Below, one piece after another: positions 1 through 13,116 of a DNA stretch of 64,000 bases. This DNA comes from Octopus sinensis (Eukaryota). The DNA lies in assembly GCF_006345805.1 (NCBI RefSeq), contig NW_021836924.1, positions 6,097-70,096 on the forward strand. The letters run 5' to 3'. Numbering within the stretch: position 1 is the first letter of the stretch; every line of letters begins with the position of its first letter. The notes below the pieces were generated by a model that worked only from the letters and a program-made list of their open reading frames with translations, was not told the DNA's origin and did not search any database. Both the position numbers and the translations under genes were made by a program.

Positions 1-225
1 ATGTGTGTGTATATATATATGTATATATATATATGTGTGTGAATGTGTTATACAGATGTCCCATAACAAGGTAACATATAGGGATTAATATATAATACTA
101 AGTGACACATCTTCTATGCTGCACTCTATATAATATATTACTATGTATAGGCTGAAAATACAAGTGCGTGTATGTATGTAGGTATACATATATGCATATA
201 TTTTATATAATCTATATATATTATA

Positions 226-261
<36 letters not shown>

Positions 262-482
262 CATATATATTTACATATGGTATATATGTATATTATAATA
301 TATGTTTATATGGTCTATAAATATATATGTGCACATATAACATATATTTGTATATATATGTTTATATATGCATATGTATTTATATATGTATGTATATATT
401 ATATATATCACATATATCAACATATAAATATGTATATATATGATATATTAATATAATATAATGTAATATAATATATATTATA

Positions 483-521
<39 letters not shown>

Positions 522-592
522 GATATAGAGAGACATATATCCACACAAATATATAGTTGTATTTATATTCATATGTAAGTATTAATATACAA

Positions 593-635
<43 letters not shown>

Positions 636-879
636 CGTAAAAGGTGAAAAAACTACAGAATACTTAAATGTTAAAAAATATATATATTTGCGTCAATATG
701 TCTGAAAGAATATTAAAAAAAAAATTTTTTAATTTTTTTCTCTTATAATGACATAATTACGAAGAAAGACCGGTTTCGCATTTAGCTTTTCAAATTTCTT
801 GCGACGTTATGTTTTTATGCATAGAGTTTGTTCAGGAGTTTCTAATTAGGGGAGGTAGTGAGTGATTTCTTCCGTGTAA

Positions 880-1590
880 GGGAGATAATCGCTTAAAAAA
901 TTTTTTCTTTCTTTCCTTGGTGTGAATTTCTTTCTCAGTATGTTTCGGATGGTTGAGTTTGGGCTTGTACTTTTCAATGAAGAATGTTTCTTTGTTTAAT
1001 CTAATTTGTGTGATGATCCGATAGCACATTGGTAAAATGGAAAGATTAAATTGTGGCAGTCGTTCTTTGCGCATTTCTTAATGTGCTCACTAAAAGGTAT
1101 CATTCTGTACTCTGGGAATGCAATCTGTTGTCGATGCAGTGTGCATCTACGTCTGAGTGATAGTCCCGTGGACCCCACGTAGTCTTGATGGCAGCCCAGC
1201 ATTTTATGACATAAATTTATGTTTTCAGAGGCACAAGTAAAGTTAGATTTGATCTTGAATTTCTGTCCCTCTTAAAGAGGATTCTGATCCTTCTAGCAGG
1301 TTTGGACATGTTGCACAGTTCGATCTGCCACATTTTTTTACTGTTGCATCCGTAATTTTCAGAAGACAATTTTGCCTTTGTGAGAATCTTTTTAAGTGAT
1401 TTTGGTGTTTGTAGCTTTTAATGATTTGGTGAATGTTTAGAATTTCCTTTAATTTGGGGTCTTTATGAAGTATTGGTAAATTCTGGGTGATGATGGTGAA
1501 GGCTTCTTTGTTTCTGGGGTTGTATTATATGTAAGGTAGTATTTTCGGGGGAGGGTTGTTGTGTGTTGAACTTTTCTTAAAGTTTCTATG
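880..1590 (-). mobile_element. Penelope-like retroelement fragment (C-terminal GIY-YIG endonuclease region), frameshifted
   Basis: Minus-strand frames give KCGRSNCATCPNL..., GCHQDYVGSTGLSLRRRCTLHRQQI and RLNKETFFIEKYKPKLN, typical of Penelope GIY-YIG domains. Confidence 0.8.
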
Positions 1591-1957
1591 TTGATTTCTG
1601 TTGCATGTCTGATCCCATCCTATATATATATATATATATACAGAAACTTGTGTATTCACAAATACACACATATATATAGGAACGGAAGCAAATATAGAAA
1701 TATGAATATCTTTGTGTGTTTCATGTGCGTATGTTTGTGTGTAAGTCAAATAAGTGTGTATGTGTTTTGTGTTGTGTGTGTGGTTCTGTATCTGTGTGCA
1801 AGCAAATACACATACAATGTTTTCTTCTTTGTTTGGCTTCCCACTAAATTTAATCTTTCGTTTTCGAAAGTGAAATACTTAGACAGCTTAAACAATAAAC
1901 ACGTCTCCATCTTTGGACAGTTTTGTAAGCAATGGAGGAGATAGCTGGCTAGAAAGA

Positions 1958-2034
<77 letters not shown>

Positions 2035-3992
2035 TCATATATATAGATATATAGATTCAAAAATGAGAGACTGATAAACCAAAGAAGAGAAGATATAGAA
2101 GCTATTGAGCGTGGTAAAAATTGTAAAGGGGTGAGCAAACCATGACATAGATTTATATAAATTGACCGATAGACGAATGAATGTATAAATAATGTTTGGA
2201 TGTGCTGTACTGGAGTTCTAGCGTAACTAGCAGCTAAAAGAAACCGAATACCACCTTATTATTTTGGAGGAGTGAAATTGCGTGGCTGAGTTGTTAAGGC
2301 GATGTACTCACGATCGCAAAATTGTGGCTTAAATTTCCGGACCGGGCTGTGCGTTGTACTCTTCTGTAAGAGATTTCATTTCATGCTGTCTGAATCCATT
2401 CAGCTGTAAGCGGGTAATCTTGCTACCGACTGGGGTCAGTGCTGTGACCTTGGTCCATTTACGCCGTGGAAACCGGGTTACCTGCTCTGTGAACCGTAAG
2501 ACTCGTATTATGTTTAGGAGTTGTCAAGTTTATCTACATTAATATGTTACCATCTTGTATATTGCAGTCTAAATTATCCACGTGATGGTTATGACTGGAT
2601 CGCTTATGATCAAAAGTCGTGTTACTCAGGGTTAACCGGATGTCTAGTGTGGTAGTTCAATGAAAGTTAAGAGGCAAAGACTACTTCAGCAGAATTTGAA
2701 CTCAGAACGTAAACACGGACGAAATGCCACAAATCAGTTTGCCCGGTGTGCTAACGATTCTTCCAGGTCACTGCCCTATCGTACACGCTTTATAATATTT
2801 CCACTTGTCACTCCGTTACTTAGCCCATCCGTAACGCTTTCGCGTGATTAGTTGAAGGGAGGCGGATGCGGGTGGGGAAAGAGAGGGGAGGTGCAGGTGG
2901 TTGTAAGTGAAATGTGTATTTTTTTAACTAAGATTTTTTTCTTTCATTACTTAGCCTTTCACGTGATTAGTTGAAGGGAAAGGTGAAGAACGAAAGAAAA
3001 ACGAGAGTGAAAAATACGCTAAGACGAAGAGTGAGAGAGAAAGAGGGAGAGTGTTGTGAAATAAGTCTATAAAATTGTACATAAATTATATAAAGTCCAT
3101 CAAATAATCATCGCATTACAATTTCCTTCACTTTTTAATGATTAGCAGTTGAGCGACTGCTTGTACATATATGTGTGCATGTAGGTGTGCGTTTGTGTGA
3201 GTGTATAAGTGAGTGCGCGCATGTTAGTTTCCACATCACGTGACAGGTGGTACTGGTGGAAGCACTCCGTCGGTTACGACGACGAGGGTTCCGGTTGATC
3301 CGATCAACGGAACAGCCTGCTCGTGAAATTAACGTGTAAGTGGCTGAGCACTCCACAGACACGTGTACCCTTAACGTAGTTCTCGGGGATATTCAGCGTG
3401 ACACAGAGAGTGACAAGGCCGGCCCTTTGAAATACAGGTACAACAGAAACAGGAAGAAAGAGTGAGAGAAAGTTGCGATGAAAGAGTACAGCAGGGATCA
3501 CCACCATCCCCTGCCGGAGCCTCGTGGAGCTTTTACTGTTTTCACTCAATAAACACTCACAACGCCCGGTTGTGATTGGCTCGATTAAACTCTTCGAGTG
3601 GGTGCTACGGCATGGCCCCAGTATGGCTGCTATCCAATGACTGTAGCCAGTAAAATATAGTTTAATCGTTTAATTCCTTTTTGAGTTGCTTTCGTGTCAG
3701 TACGATGGAACCATCAAATACTGTTCACACAGTTGAACAAAACAACAAAACACTTTTTTCTCTTTTACTTCTTTCAGCCTTTGAACTGCGGCTATGCTGG
3801 AGCACCGCTTTGAGGGGTATTAGTCGAATAAATCGACTTCGGAATTTTTGTTTTCTTTTTTATTCTTAAGTTTGATACCAAATCTATTGGTATCTTTATT
3901 GCTGAATTGCTAAGGTACGAAAACAAACCAATAGCGATTGTTAAGGGGTGGTGAGAAAACAAACACTAAGACACACACAAATACACACACAA

Positions 3993-4038
<46 letters not shown>

Positions 4039-4042
4039 CACA

Positions 4043-4088
<46 letters not shown>

Positions 4089-4541
4089 TAGTGGTGGTCT
4101 GCTCTTTGGAAGGTCCTGCGCATATGGACCTTCTCCAGCACTGTCTGTGTAATCTGGGAGGGCCCATTTCCCCTGTGCCATCGTTAAGTAGATTACTGGA
4201 GCCTCGGCGACCATGACCAGACTTGGAAATAATATTGGAGCAGTTTTCCGTTGTCTTCTTCAGGCAGGTAGGATTTGAACACATAATGTAGAGAGTCGGA
4301 AGACATACCGTAAAGCATTTCTGTCGACATCCAACGATTCTGCTTCTCTCCCACTCGCAGAGCAACGTGAAATGAAATGTTTTGCTGAAGAACACAACGC
4401 GTCGCCTAGTCTGGGAATCGAACCCACGATCTAGCGAGTACAATCTCATGATCACTATTCCACATGCCTTACAGATATGCAAGGTATCCCAAAAGTGACT
4501 GATAGGCTTCAAGTTTTAATAACTTCCTTATTATAGGCTTA

Positions 4542-4949
4542 GGAGTGGCTGTGTGGTAAGTAGTTTGCTTACGAACCACATTGTTCCGGGTTCAGTTCCA
4601 CTGCGTGGCACCTTGGGCAAGTGTCTTCTACTATAGCCTCGGGCCGACCAAAGCCTTGTGAGTGGATTTGGTAGACGGAAACTGAAAGAAGCCCGTCGTA
4701 TATATGTATATATATAGATATATATGTATGTGTATGTATATGTTTGTGTGTCTGTGTTTGTCCCCCCAAACATCGCTTGACAACCGATGCTGGTGTGCTT
4801 ACGTCCTCGTCACTTAGCGGGTCGGCAAAAGACACCGATAGAATAAGTGCTAGGCTTACAAAGAATAAGTCCTGGGGTCGAGTTGCTCGACTAAAGGCGG
4901 TGCTCCAGCATGGCCGCAGTCAAATGACTGTAACAAGTAAAAGAGTAAC
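4542..4949 (+). mobile_element. SINE family A (tRNA-related head, internal microsatellite, AAAAGAGT tail)
   Basis: ggagtggctgtgtggtaag...gggcaagtgtcttctactatagcc...gcagtcaaatgactg..caagtaaaagagt. Many copies occur in the window. Confidence 0.85.
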
Positions 4950-6295
4950 TCTTCAAATAAAGTTTGATACAATATAAAGGACATAATGGATAATAATATG
5001 CACAAGTCAAATTTTGCAGCACCACTACACCGACATGGCAGCCATTTTCAGCTCTTTCCAAAAGACCCTCAAGAGTTTCAGACTCCACTTCTTTGATTTC
5101 TCTATTGATGTTCTCCTTCAGTTACACCAGAGTCTCTGATTTGTTGACGTAAACACTCTATAAACCCTTTATTTGTAAAGCGAAGGAAGTTATTAAAACT
5201 TGAAGCCCACCAGTCACATTGTTTCCGTTTAAGCAAATTCATTCACAAGCCACTTGTCGGTCTCGGGTTTATAGTACAAGACTCGGCCAAGGTGCCGTGC
5301 CGTAAGACTGAACCCCGAAAATACATGACTGCAAAGCGAGCCACTTATCTCCACAGCTATGTCTGCGACTCTCACTCTCCGCCTACTCTCCCCCTCTCTC
5401 TCTCTCTCTCATATCACCGTGACCGAGCAGACCATCGCATTGTTTTAGCCTTCGAATGACGCCACCCCGCTGGCTAAGCGATCAGGCCAACAAAAGAAAG
5501 AGTGGGAGAAAGAGTGGTGAAAGAGTACAGCAGGGATCGCCACCACCACCCTACGACCGCGAGTCCGCTGCCCTAACCACTGGGCCATTGCGCCTCCTAT
5601 ATATATATATTAAGGTATGTAGGAAAATACAACATGGACAAGAACGTATAACTCTTAGAAGACGACACAATAAACATGGACAGGACATTCGAACCCCTCA
5701 GTCTTCAGTCAAGAACCGGATCATCGTAGTAATTTCGGCTGATTAATCTTGAGATTACTAGATCACGGCCAGCCCTCCAAGAAAAACTAAGCAACGAGCA
5801 TTAGAAAAACTAAGCTGGAAGCGTAGATTTCCTGGAAGAAGGATCGAATGCATACGAAACACAGGACAGCAAAAGGGACAGATATAAAAAAAAAACAAAA
5901 AAAAAAACAATAATGGAATACAGAAACATGAAATACAGAAGCATTAACGGTGAAAACAACAAGTGTCTTACGACTGATAACAAGCAAACAAATTTTTTCT
6001 CTGGCGCATTGGAAGAAGCCTTTATAGCGGCGGACGAAAAACAACGATGTTAACACGACGAGGGTCAGGAGCTGAAAGGCAGATTTCGGCCAACAGTCAC
6101 GTGACAGAGAAGGGAAAGAAAAGAAAGAGAAGCAAAGGAAGAGAGAGAGAAGGAGGGACAAAACGCAACAAAGAGAGAGAAGAGAGAGAAAGAAGGGATC
6201 AGAGAGGAGAAGGGATGGGTGTCGAGAAATGACCTGTGAGTGCAGAGCGAGACAAAGAAATAGGAGGGTAAAGAGAAGAGAGAAAGAGGATGAGT

Positions 6296-6328
<33 letters not shown>

Positions 6329-6505
6329 GGGGACAGATCAAGTAAAAATGAGAGAGAGAGAGACAAAAAGAGAGTCGTACCAATTATTAAGAATATGTGC
6401 TCACATTAATGATAAGGGGGGTACGGGATATATATATATATATATTGTGTGTGTGTGTGTGTGTGTGTGTGTATACACGCACACACACACACACACACAC
6501 ACATA

Positions 6506-6621
6506 AATATTTAGCAGAAGTAACAGAGCAACTGAAGGTCCGAGAGAGTTTCGTGTGTTGCCACCTGGCAATACACGGAACTCTCGGACCTTGAGTCACT
6601 CTGTTACCTCTGCTAAATATT
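6506..6621. repeat. Near-perfect 116-bp palindrome
   Basis: Arms of about 57 bp (aatatttagcagaagtaacagag...gttgcca / tggcaatac...ctctgttacctctgctaaatatt) around a 2-nt centre. Confidence 0.9.
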
Positions 6622-7083
6622 AATGAAAATATACATGAACTTATTTTTTGAGATCTATTTTTCCTGTTTGCAGTAACATACCTGATGTGTGTGAGCGTGT
6701 GCGTGTGTATGTGTGTGTGTGGTGTGTGGCGCGCGCGCGTATGTATATATGTAATATATATATATTATATATATATGTGTGTGTGGTGTGTGTGTGTGTG
6801 TATGGAATTTCAACTGTGTTTCGTGGTCTGCTACAACAACAGCTCCTTTATAGGATCCCGTTAGCTCAAAACATCATCACGAGGAACCAAGTCCGGTTTC
6901 GACCCCTACTCCTCTACCGTTTTGACGTGGGACCCCCCCCCCTTTCGGAGGTGTCTTCAGCTCTGGTGTTGGGTGCATGTCTTCTTTCTTCATTCTTCTG
7001 TTCTCTGACCTCTTCGATGTAGCGCCAACGAGTGTCAGCGGGCGACTGGCTGACATACAGAATTCCGCAATAAATACGCAATA

Positions 7084-7775
7084 GCATCATCATCATCATC
7101 ATCATTGTTCGACCGTGGTCGAGACAATGGAATTTACCATGCTACGCCAGACTTCACTGTCCATCATGGCATTACGAAGGTCCTGTTGCTGGATGCCTGT
7201 ATCCCTGGAGATGACATCAGGGTAGGAGAGTGTGCGCCCTCTGGCATTGCGAGTAGATGGCTTCCAGAGGAGAAGAGTAGAAATTGCCTTGTTTTCAGCT
7301 CTACGGCAATGTCCAGCAATCTGGACTCTCCTACGTTTCACAAGAGATGACACAGATGGTAGTTTCCCATATATTTGCATTTTGGTTGGATGACACTTCC
7401 ACGAGAGATTTTGAGCTCTCATAAGGAGGCGAGTGTAGGTTCCATCCAACCGCCTCTCAAGCTTCTTTGATAACGTCCAGGTTTCTGAGCCATATAGTAG
7501 AATTGGTTCGACCGTGGCTTTAAAGATTTCAAGTTTGAAGTCTCTACTTAGATTTGATGACCAGATCATGACAGGCTGACCAGGCCATACTCTTTCTAGT
7601 TAGAAAATCTTTTCCAGATGATGATATGTATGACCCAAGATATTTGTAATCAGAAACCATATTTAAAGGCGCATTGTTGAGAGTATGGATGATGCAATCA
7701 CTGTTGGACAGGCACTTGTTTATATATTCAGTCTTGGCCTCACCCAACTTGGCTATAGCACCCAACTTCAAACAA
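7084..7775 (-). mobile_element. 5'-truncated RTE-clade (RTE/RTEX-like) LINE 3' end with (GAT)n tail
   Basis: ORFs contain YKYLGSYI...AWSACHDL and IFKATVEPILLYGSETWTL...LDGTYTRLL...AGHCRR...LLLWKP. They end at a stop followed by (GAT)n at 7084-7105. Confidence 0.85.
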
Positions 7776-7887
7776 CATTAACAACAACAACAACGACGAC
7801 AACAACAGCAACAACAACAACTACTACTAATTAATACGACGACGACAACGACGACGCAAAAATAACAGTTCTACGAAATTTGCTTGT

Positions 7888-8094
7888 CTACACGTTTATT
7901 GAGGACACGAGAGAACCATTTGTGTTCGCATTGTGATGTTTCATTATATATTGAAGCCAGTCCATATATGGCTTTAACCATGTAAAAACGTTAGGTAAAC
8001 CAGTTGTGTGACAGCCACCGGCGCCCCATGATGTTATTCCTATTTGGAAGAATCTTCCATCTTGACGGCAAACTAATGGACCACCAGAATCTCC
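7888..8094 (-). CDS. Serine protease exon 6 (last coding exon): catalytic Ser and stop codon
   Basis: Acceptor tttatttttag|GGA. Translates GDSGGPLVCRQDGRFFQIGITSWGAGGCHTTGLPNVFTWLKPYMDWLQYIMKHHNANTNGSLVSSINV*, with TAG at 7890-7888. The six exons total 1173 nt, which is 391 codons. Confidence 0.96.
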   Translation of the reverse strand, partial: GDSGGPLVCRQDGRFFQIGITSWGAGGCHTTGLPNVFTWLKPYMDWLQYIMKHHNANTNGSLVSSINV

Positions 8095-8342
8095 CTAAAA
8101 ATAAAATAAAATAGAATATCAATAAGCAATAATGGTTTCTAGACAAGGTCAGCAATTAGCGCCAAGCCAAATTCTTGACTAGTATTTAATTTTATTAACA
8201 CCGAAAGGATGGCTGGCAGAGCCGACCCCGGTAGAAATCGGGACGTGAAGAGTGACATCAAATACTGCGAGGCGTTTTTTCTTTCCTTTTGTACATTCGC
8301 AATTCTCTCAGCCTGCTTCCTTTAAAATTAGTAACTCTCTAT

Positions 8343-8720
8343 AAGTAGCTTGTTTACCAACCATTGGTTCCGGGTTCAGTCACACTGCGTGGCACCTTGG
8401 GCAAGTGTCTTCTACTATAGCCTCGGGCCGACCAAAGCTTTGTGAGTAGATTTGGTAGACGGAAACTGAAAGAAGCCTGTCGTATATATGCATATATATG
8501 TGTGTGCGTGTGTGCATGTTTGTGTCTATGTTTATCTCCCCCAACATCGCTTGACAACCGATGCTGGTGTGCTTACGTCCCCGTAACTTAGCGGTTCGGC
8601 AAAAAAGAACGATATAATAAGTACTAGGCTTACAAAGAATATCTCCTGGGGTCGATTTGATCGATTAAAGGTGGTGTTCCCGCATGGCTGCAGTCAAATG
8701 ACTGAAACAAGTAAAAGAGT
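8343..8720 (+). mobile_element. SINE family A copy
   Basis: High similarity to 4542-4949. Confidence 0.85.
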
Positions 8721-8805
8721 CTTGTTGTTAAACATGTTAGGGGTCTATAATTTTTTTTGGTTCCTTTGTTTCTTCCTTTTTTGGAAGTAGCAATGTAACA
8801 CCATT

Positions 8806-9030
8806 AACTAGCCAAGAGAGACCGATATTAGTTTGTTGCAAAACATTGTTGCAATTTTTGATAGCAGTTCATGACTCTCTGGGAAGACATTCAACCAGAA
8901 ATTATGAATTTTATCCTTTCATGGAAGCCTCCAGGAAAGAACGAAATTCTAGTTGAATGTCTTCCCAGAGAGTCATGAACTGCTAACAAAACTTTACAAC
9001 AATGTATTGCAACAACCCTCTTTGCTAGTT
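8806..9030. repeat. ~225-bp inverted repeat (MITE-like) flanked by TTAA
   Basis: Perfect 33-bp arms at 8863-8895 and 8952-8984, with imperfect extension outwards. TTAA at 8804-8807 and 9029-9032. Confidence 0.85.
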
Positions 9031-9145
9031 AATTCCTACTTCCAAATTATGAAGAAACAAATTAACCAAGAACTTATAGAACCATAACCTGCTTGACAAT
9101 GTATAAAATACTAACATCTGTCTTGACTGAATATACTTATTTATT

Positions 9146-9369
9146 TACTACCCACAAGGGGCTAAACACAGAGGGGACAAACATGGACAGACAAACGGAT
9201 TAAGTCGATTATATCGACCCCAGTGCCTAACTGGTACTTATTCAATCGACCCCGAAAGGATGAAAGGCAAAGTCGACCTCGGCGGAATTTGAACTCAGAA
9301 CGTAGCGATAGACGAAATACTACTAAGCATTTCGCCCGGCGTGCTAACGTTTCTGCCAGCTCACCGCCT
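9146..9369 (-). mobile_element. SINE family B (ggcggcgagctggcag...gttctgagttcaaattccgccgagg...aaagaaata)
   Basis: Has A/B-box-like segments. Further copies at 18055-18397 (two, -), 24802-25035 (+), 30548-30780 (+), 33950-34175 (-), 54970-55055 (-, partial) and 56378-56610 (+). Confidence 0.85.
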
Positions 9370-9484
9370 AAACCAGCTCACCTATAGTCATGTAGTACTG
9401 TGTAGTATCTTGGGCAAGTGTCTTCAACGATAGCAACAATAGCGGCCCAAAGCCCTTGAGTGAGTTTAATGGACTGAAGCTTCA

Positions 9485-9517
<33 letters not shown>

Positions 9518-9923
9518 TGTGTGTGTGTGTGTGGTGTGTGTGTGTGTGTGTGTGTGTACGTGTGCGTGTGTATGTGGGTGTCTGTCTTTGTGTCTGTCCT
9601 TCACTGCTTGATAAGAAGTGCTGGTTTGTTTATAACCCTGAAACTTAGCGGTTTGCCAGCAGATATCGATAAAATAAGTACCAGATTTTAAAAACCAAAT
9701 TAAGTATGGGTGCCATTTGTCCTATTAACACTCTTCAAGCCACAGCTCCAGCATGGCCGGAGTCCAATGACTGAAACAAGTGGAAGATACATTTTGACTT
9801 CCCTTTTAAGATTTTTGGATCTTATGGTTACAGAAGTGTAATCCTAGAAAAGAAAACATACAAAGAAACAAAGTAAAAAAAAAAGAACGAAAGCAAATGA
9901 AGGCAATATATTATCTTACTTAC

Positions 9924-10057
9924 AGCGCATGCGCCGGTCACACCATTTCCGATACAGATATGACTGGATAGAATTAATCCTTGCCAACTTGAATTACAGG
10001 AGTTCGTGTCGGTGATGGTTACTTTCAATTCATTTAACACATTAGGGTCACCAGTGT
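9924..10057 (-). CDS. Serine protease exon 5
   Basis: Acceptor tactttcag|AC and donor GCT|GTAAGT; 134 bp, phase 1 to 0. Translates (H)TGDPNVLNELKVTITDTNSCNSSWQGLILSSHICIGNGVTGACA. Confidence 0.95.
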
Positions 10058-10063
10058 CTGAAA

Positions 10064-10105
<42 letters not shown>

Positions 10106-10300
10106 AAACAAGTCAGGATAGAAAATGCTAAAATAATTTTATAAAGAATATTTCAGTACCGGTTTCAGTCATTGAGACCTTTTCAACTGTAACAATCAAA
10201 TAATAAAATTTAGAAAAATTAAAAGAAAAGTTTTTTTTAAAGAATATTTGTATAGTGTTCAAATATAAGTGGCATTTCCTTGTTTCTGCCTTTCTCTGTC

Positions 10301-10344
<44 letters not shown>

Positions 10345-10702
10345 TATATAAATGCTTATATATGTATGTATGTGTGTGTGTGTAGGTTTGTGTGTGTGTG
10401 TTTGCATGTGTGTGTGTATATATATATATATACATATGTATGAATGTATGTATGTATACACTTTATTTGTAGATAATCGACGCTGCCAATGATTCCAGGT
10501 GGAAGAATTTCCACAATTTTCAAGCGAGCCATTTAAAAATGCTGGTAATCGCCTCTCTTTTGAATGAGGCTACATGTAGAATTCCCAAATGAATATATTC
10601 ACATGGGGAGGTAATTTATAAGCATTTGATTGCTAATTCCTTTGTGTTCAACATTAATTGATTATATCAATGCAACTACTTATATATGTATAATCATGGA
10701 GG

Positions 10703-10742
<40 letters not shown>

Positions 10743-11414
10743 GATCGTTAACTCCTACACACATTTTTTTCTCTCCTTGTTTTTTTTCTGTGTATCTTTC
10801 TGTCGAAGAGCGTAGGCTCGAAACGTAAAAGACTTGTTCTATTTCTATTCCTGAGCGCCATACTAATACATTTGTTTGTGTGTACTCCACCTGCCTTCGC
10901 CTTTTGTTTATTTTCGTAAACATTCCGTATATATATATTAATATATATATATATATATAATATATATATTATTATATATATATATGCACACACATGAACG
11001 CACATATATGCATGTGTTTGCATGCAAATATACATATACTTATAAATAGGTATACACAAACTCACTCACAAACACACACACACACATATTGATTAGTTAT
11101 AAGATTCATTAGAATCTAGGTACACCAACAAGTAATACGCTAGAAATGGCTAGGTGCGAAAACATAGGGTTGAGTGTGAGATAAAACAAGCAAGAAGCCA
11201 TCTTGTGTTGGTAGGATACTGTAGATATGTAAGTGCGAAATCCAACTTAAACTGTAGATCCGATTCTGGATTTAAAGTTTACGACTGCTGTTTCACTGCA
11301 ATTTTATTGATGTATTTATAGATTACGTCATATCATAAATCCACGATCATGAGATAAAATTGTGAACAGGTATGCATGTATGTATGTACGTATGTATGTA
11401 TGTATGTATGTATA

Positions 11415-11459
<45 letters not shown>

Positions 11460-11461
11460 CC

Positions 11462-11520
<59 letters not shown>

Positions 11521-11526
<6 letters not shown>

Positions 11527-11670
11527 TACATATATGAGAGGGAATCCACTAAAAGTGAACTCCCTTACGCTATCCACTAAAAGTTGTTCTCAAGAAAAAA
11601 TTTAACACACCATGAAAATTTTTTCTTGAGAACAACTTTTAGTGGATTCCCTCTTATATATGTATTAATA
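11521..11670. repeat. 150-bp palindrome with an internal duplication bulge
   Basis: tattaatacatatatgagagggaatccactaaaagt pairs with acttttagtggattccctcttatatatgtattaata. The inner ttgttctcaagaaaaaattt pairs with aaattttttcttgagaacaa. Confidence 0.85.
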
Positions 11671-11761
11671 ATATTTACTGAATCTCAGTTTTTTATGCGC
11701 CAAACCATTGGTGTTAAACTGATATTATTAAATTAATATACAATTTTTCACCCTCATTTTG

Positions 11762-11800
<39 letters not shown>

Positions 11801-11804
11801 TATA

Positions 11805-11863
<59 letters not shown>

Positions 11864-13116
11864 TTGTACACTCGCTTATTCGCGGTTCGGTATTCGCGAT
11901 CCCGGTTATTCGCTGATCTGGTAATTGTTTGCGGAAACCACTGCATATTCGCAGGATCGTAAATATCGTCCGCGATTTTTTATGGCATTTTTCTTGGCAA
12001 TATATTATACACATTCCCAGACTTTTTAATGCTAAACTATTAATAATAATATACCGTAGTTGCCGGTTTACTGGACGCCCCTTCGTAGCTGAAGATCCCT
12101 CTGATAAGAATAGCCGCGCATCAAATTGCTTGATATTTTTTTTTTAGATACAAGTACACTGTATCTTGTATCTCTTATTCCTGCTTCCAATAAATGCTTG
12201 CTAGTTAGTATAGCGACTACCAGCGCATTTTTAAAAACCATCCCTACATTTGATCATACACAATGTTTATTACAACAGGATAATTTTTAAGGTGATGAGC
12301 CAATACAGCCTCATTGAAATGAGGTTACTTGCTGGTCCCCCCTCTCTCTCTCCCTCTTTTATTATTATAGTATAGATTACTGTATCTAGTGATAATACAA
12401 ATTTTTCAAAACCATGATTATCTTTAATCTCTGCTCAATCTTCCGTTGGTGGTAAGCGCATATTAGATGCAATGAAGAATGCTTTGAAGGTTTTTTTTTT
12501 TCGAAAAACGGCGTCCAGTTGCTACCTCCAGTATTTTTGGGGGGTGCTGTATTTTTCGCAGCATATTATTAAGGCCCTAAGATGCCGCCCAAATGCCTTA
12601 CATCTTCTAAGACTTCTGGCAATGAACCTGAGGTCCAGAAAAAGGTTATGACGCTCCATGAGAAGGCACAACTGCTGGATGTATTCCAGGAAGGTAAAAG
12701 TTATGCTGCAGTAGGTCGCTATTATGTTATCAACGAAAGCACCAAACGCTACACAAGGAAGAACGAAGTGGCGATCAGGATTACCGTAGCAGTAAATTTC
12801 TATGAAAGAGCCAAAAGGATAACTATAGTGAGAAATAGGCACTTCGTCAGTATGGAATCTGATTTGGCATTGTGTATCAGTGACTGCAAGAAGAAAAACA
12901 TCCCCTTGAGCGGTAATATCATCCGTGAGAAAGCGCGGAAATTATACCAACAATTCGACAGAGGAGACAGAGCAAAAGCACCGAAGAACCGCAACCAAAA
13001 CCATATATTTTGACATTTATAGGCATTTTTATGGACCATGTCCAATATTCTCGGTTTTTTACTATTCACGGGTGCTCTAGAAACGTAACCCCCGCGAATA
13101 CCAGGGGACTACTGTA
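11864..13116 (+). mobile_element. Internally deleted Tigger/pogo DNA transposon
   Basis: ORF 12582-13013 (KKVMTLHEKAQLLD...ME..L...I.DC..KNIPLSGNIIREKARKLY) is the CENP-B/Tc5 HTH N-terminus of a Tigger transposase with no DDE domain. The right end ...gaataccaggggactactgta and a degenerate left end tattgtacactcgcttattcgcgg are TIR-like. Confidence 0.8.
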
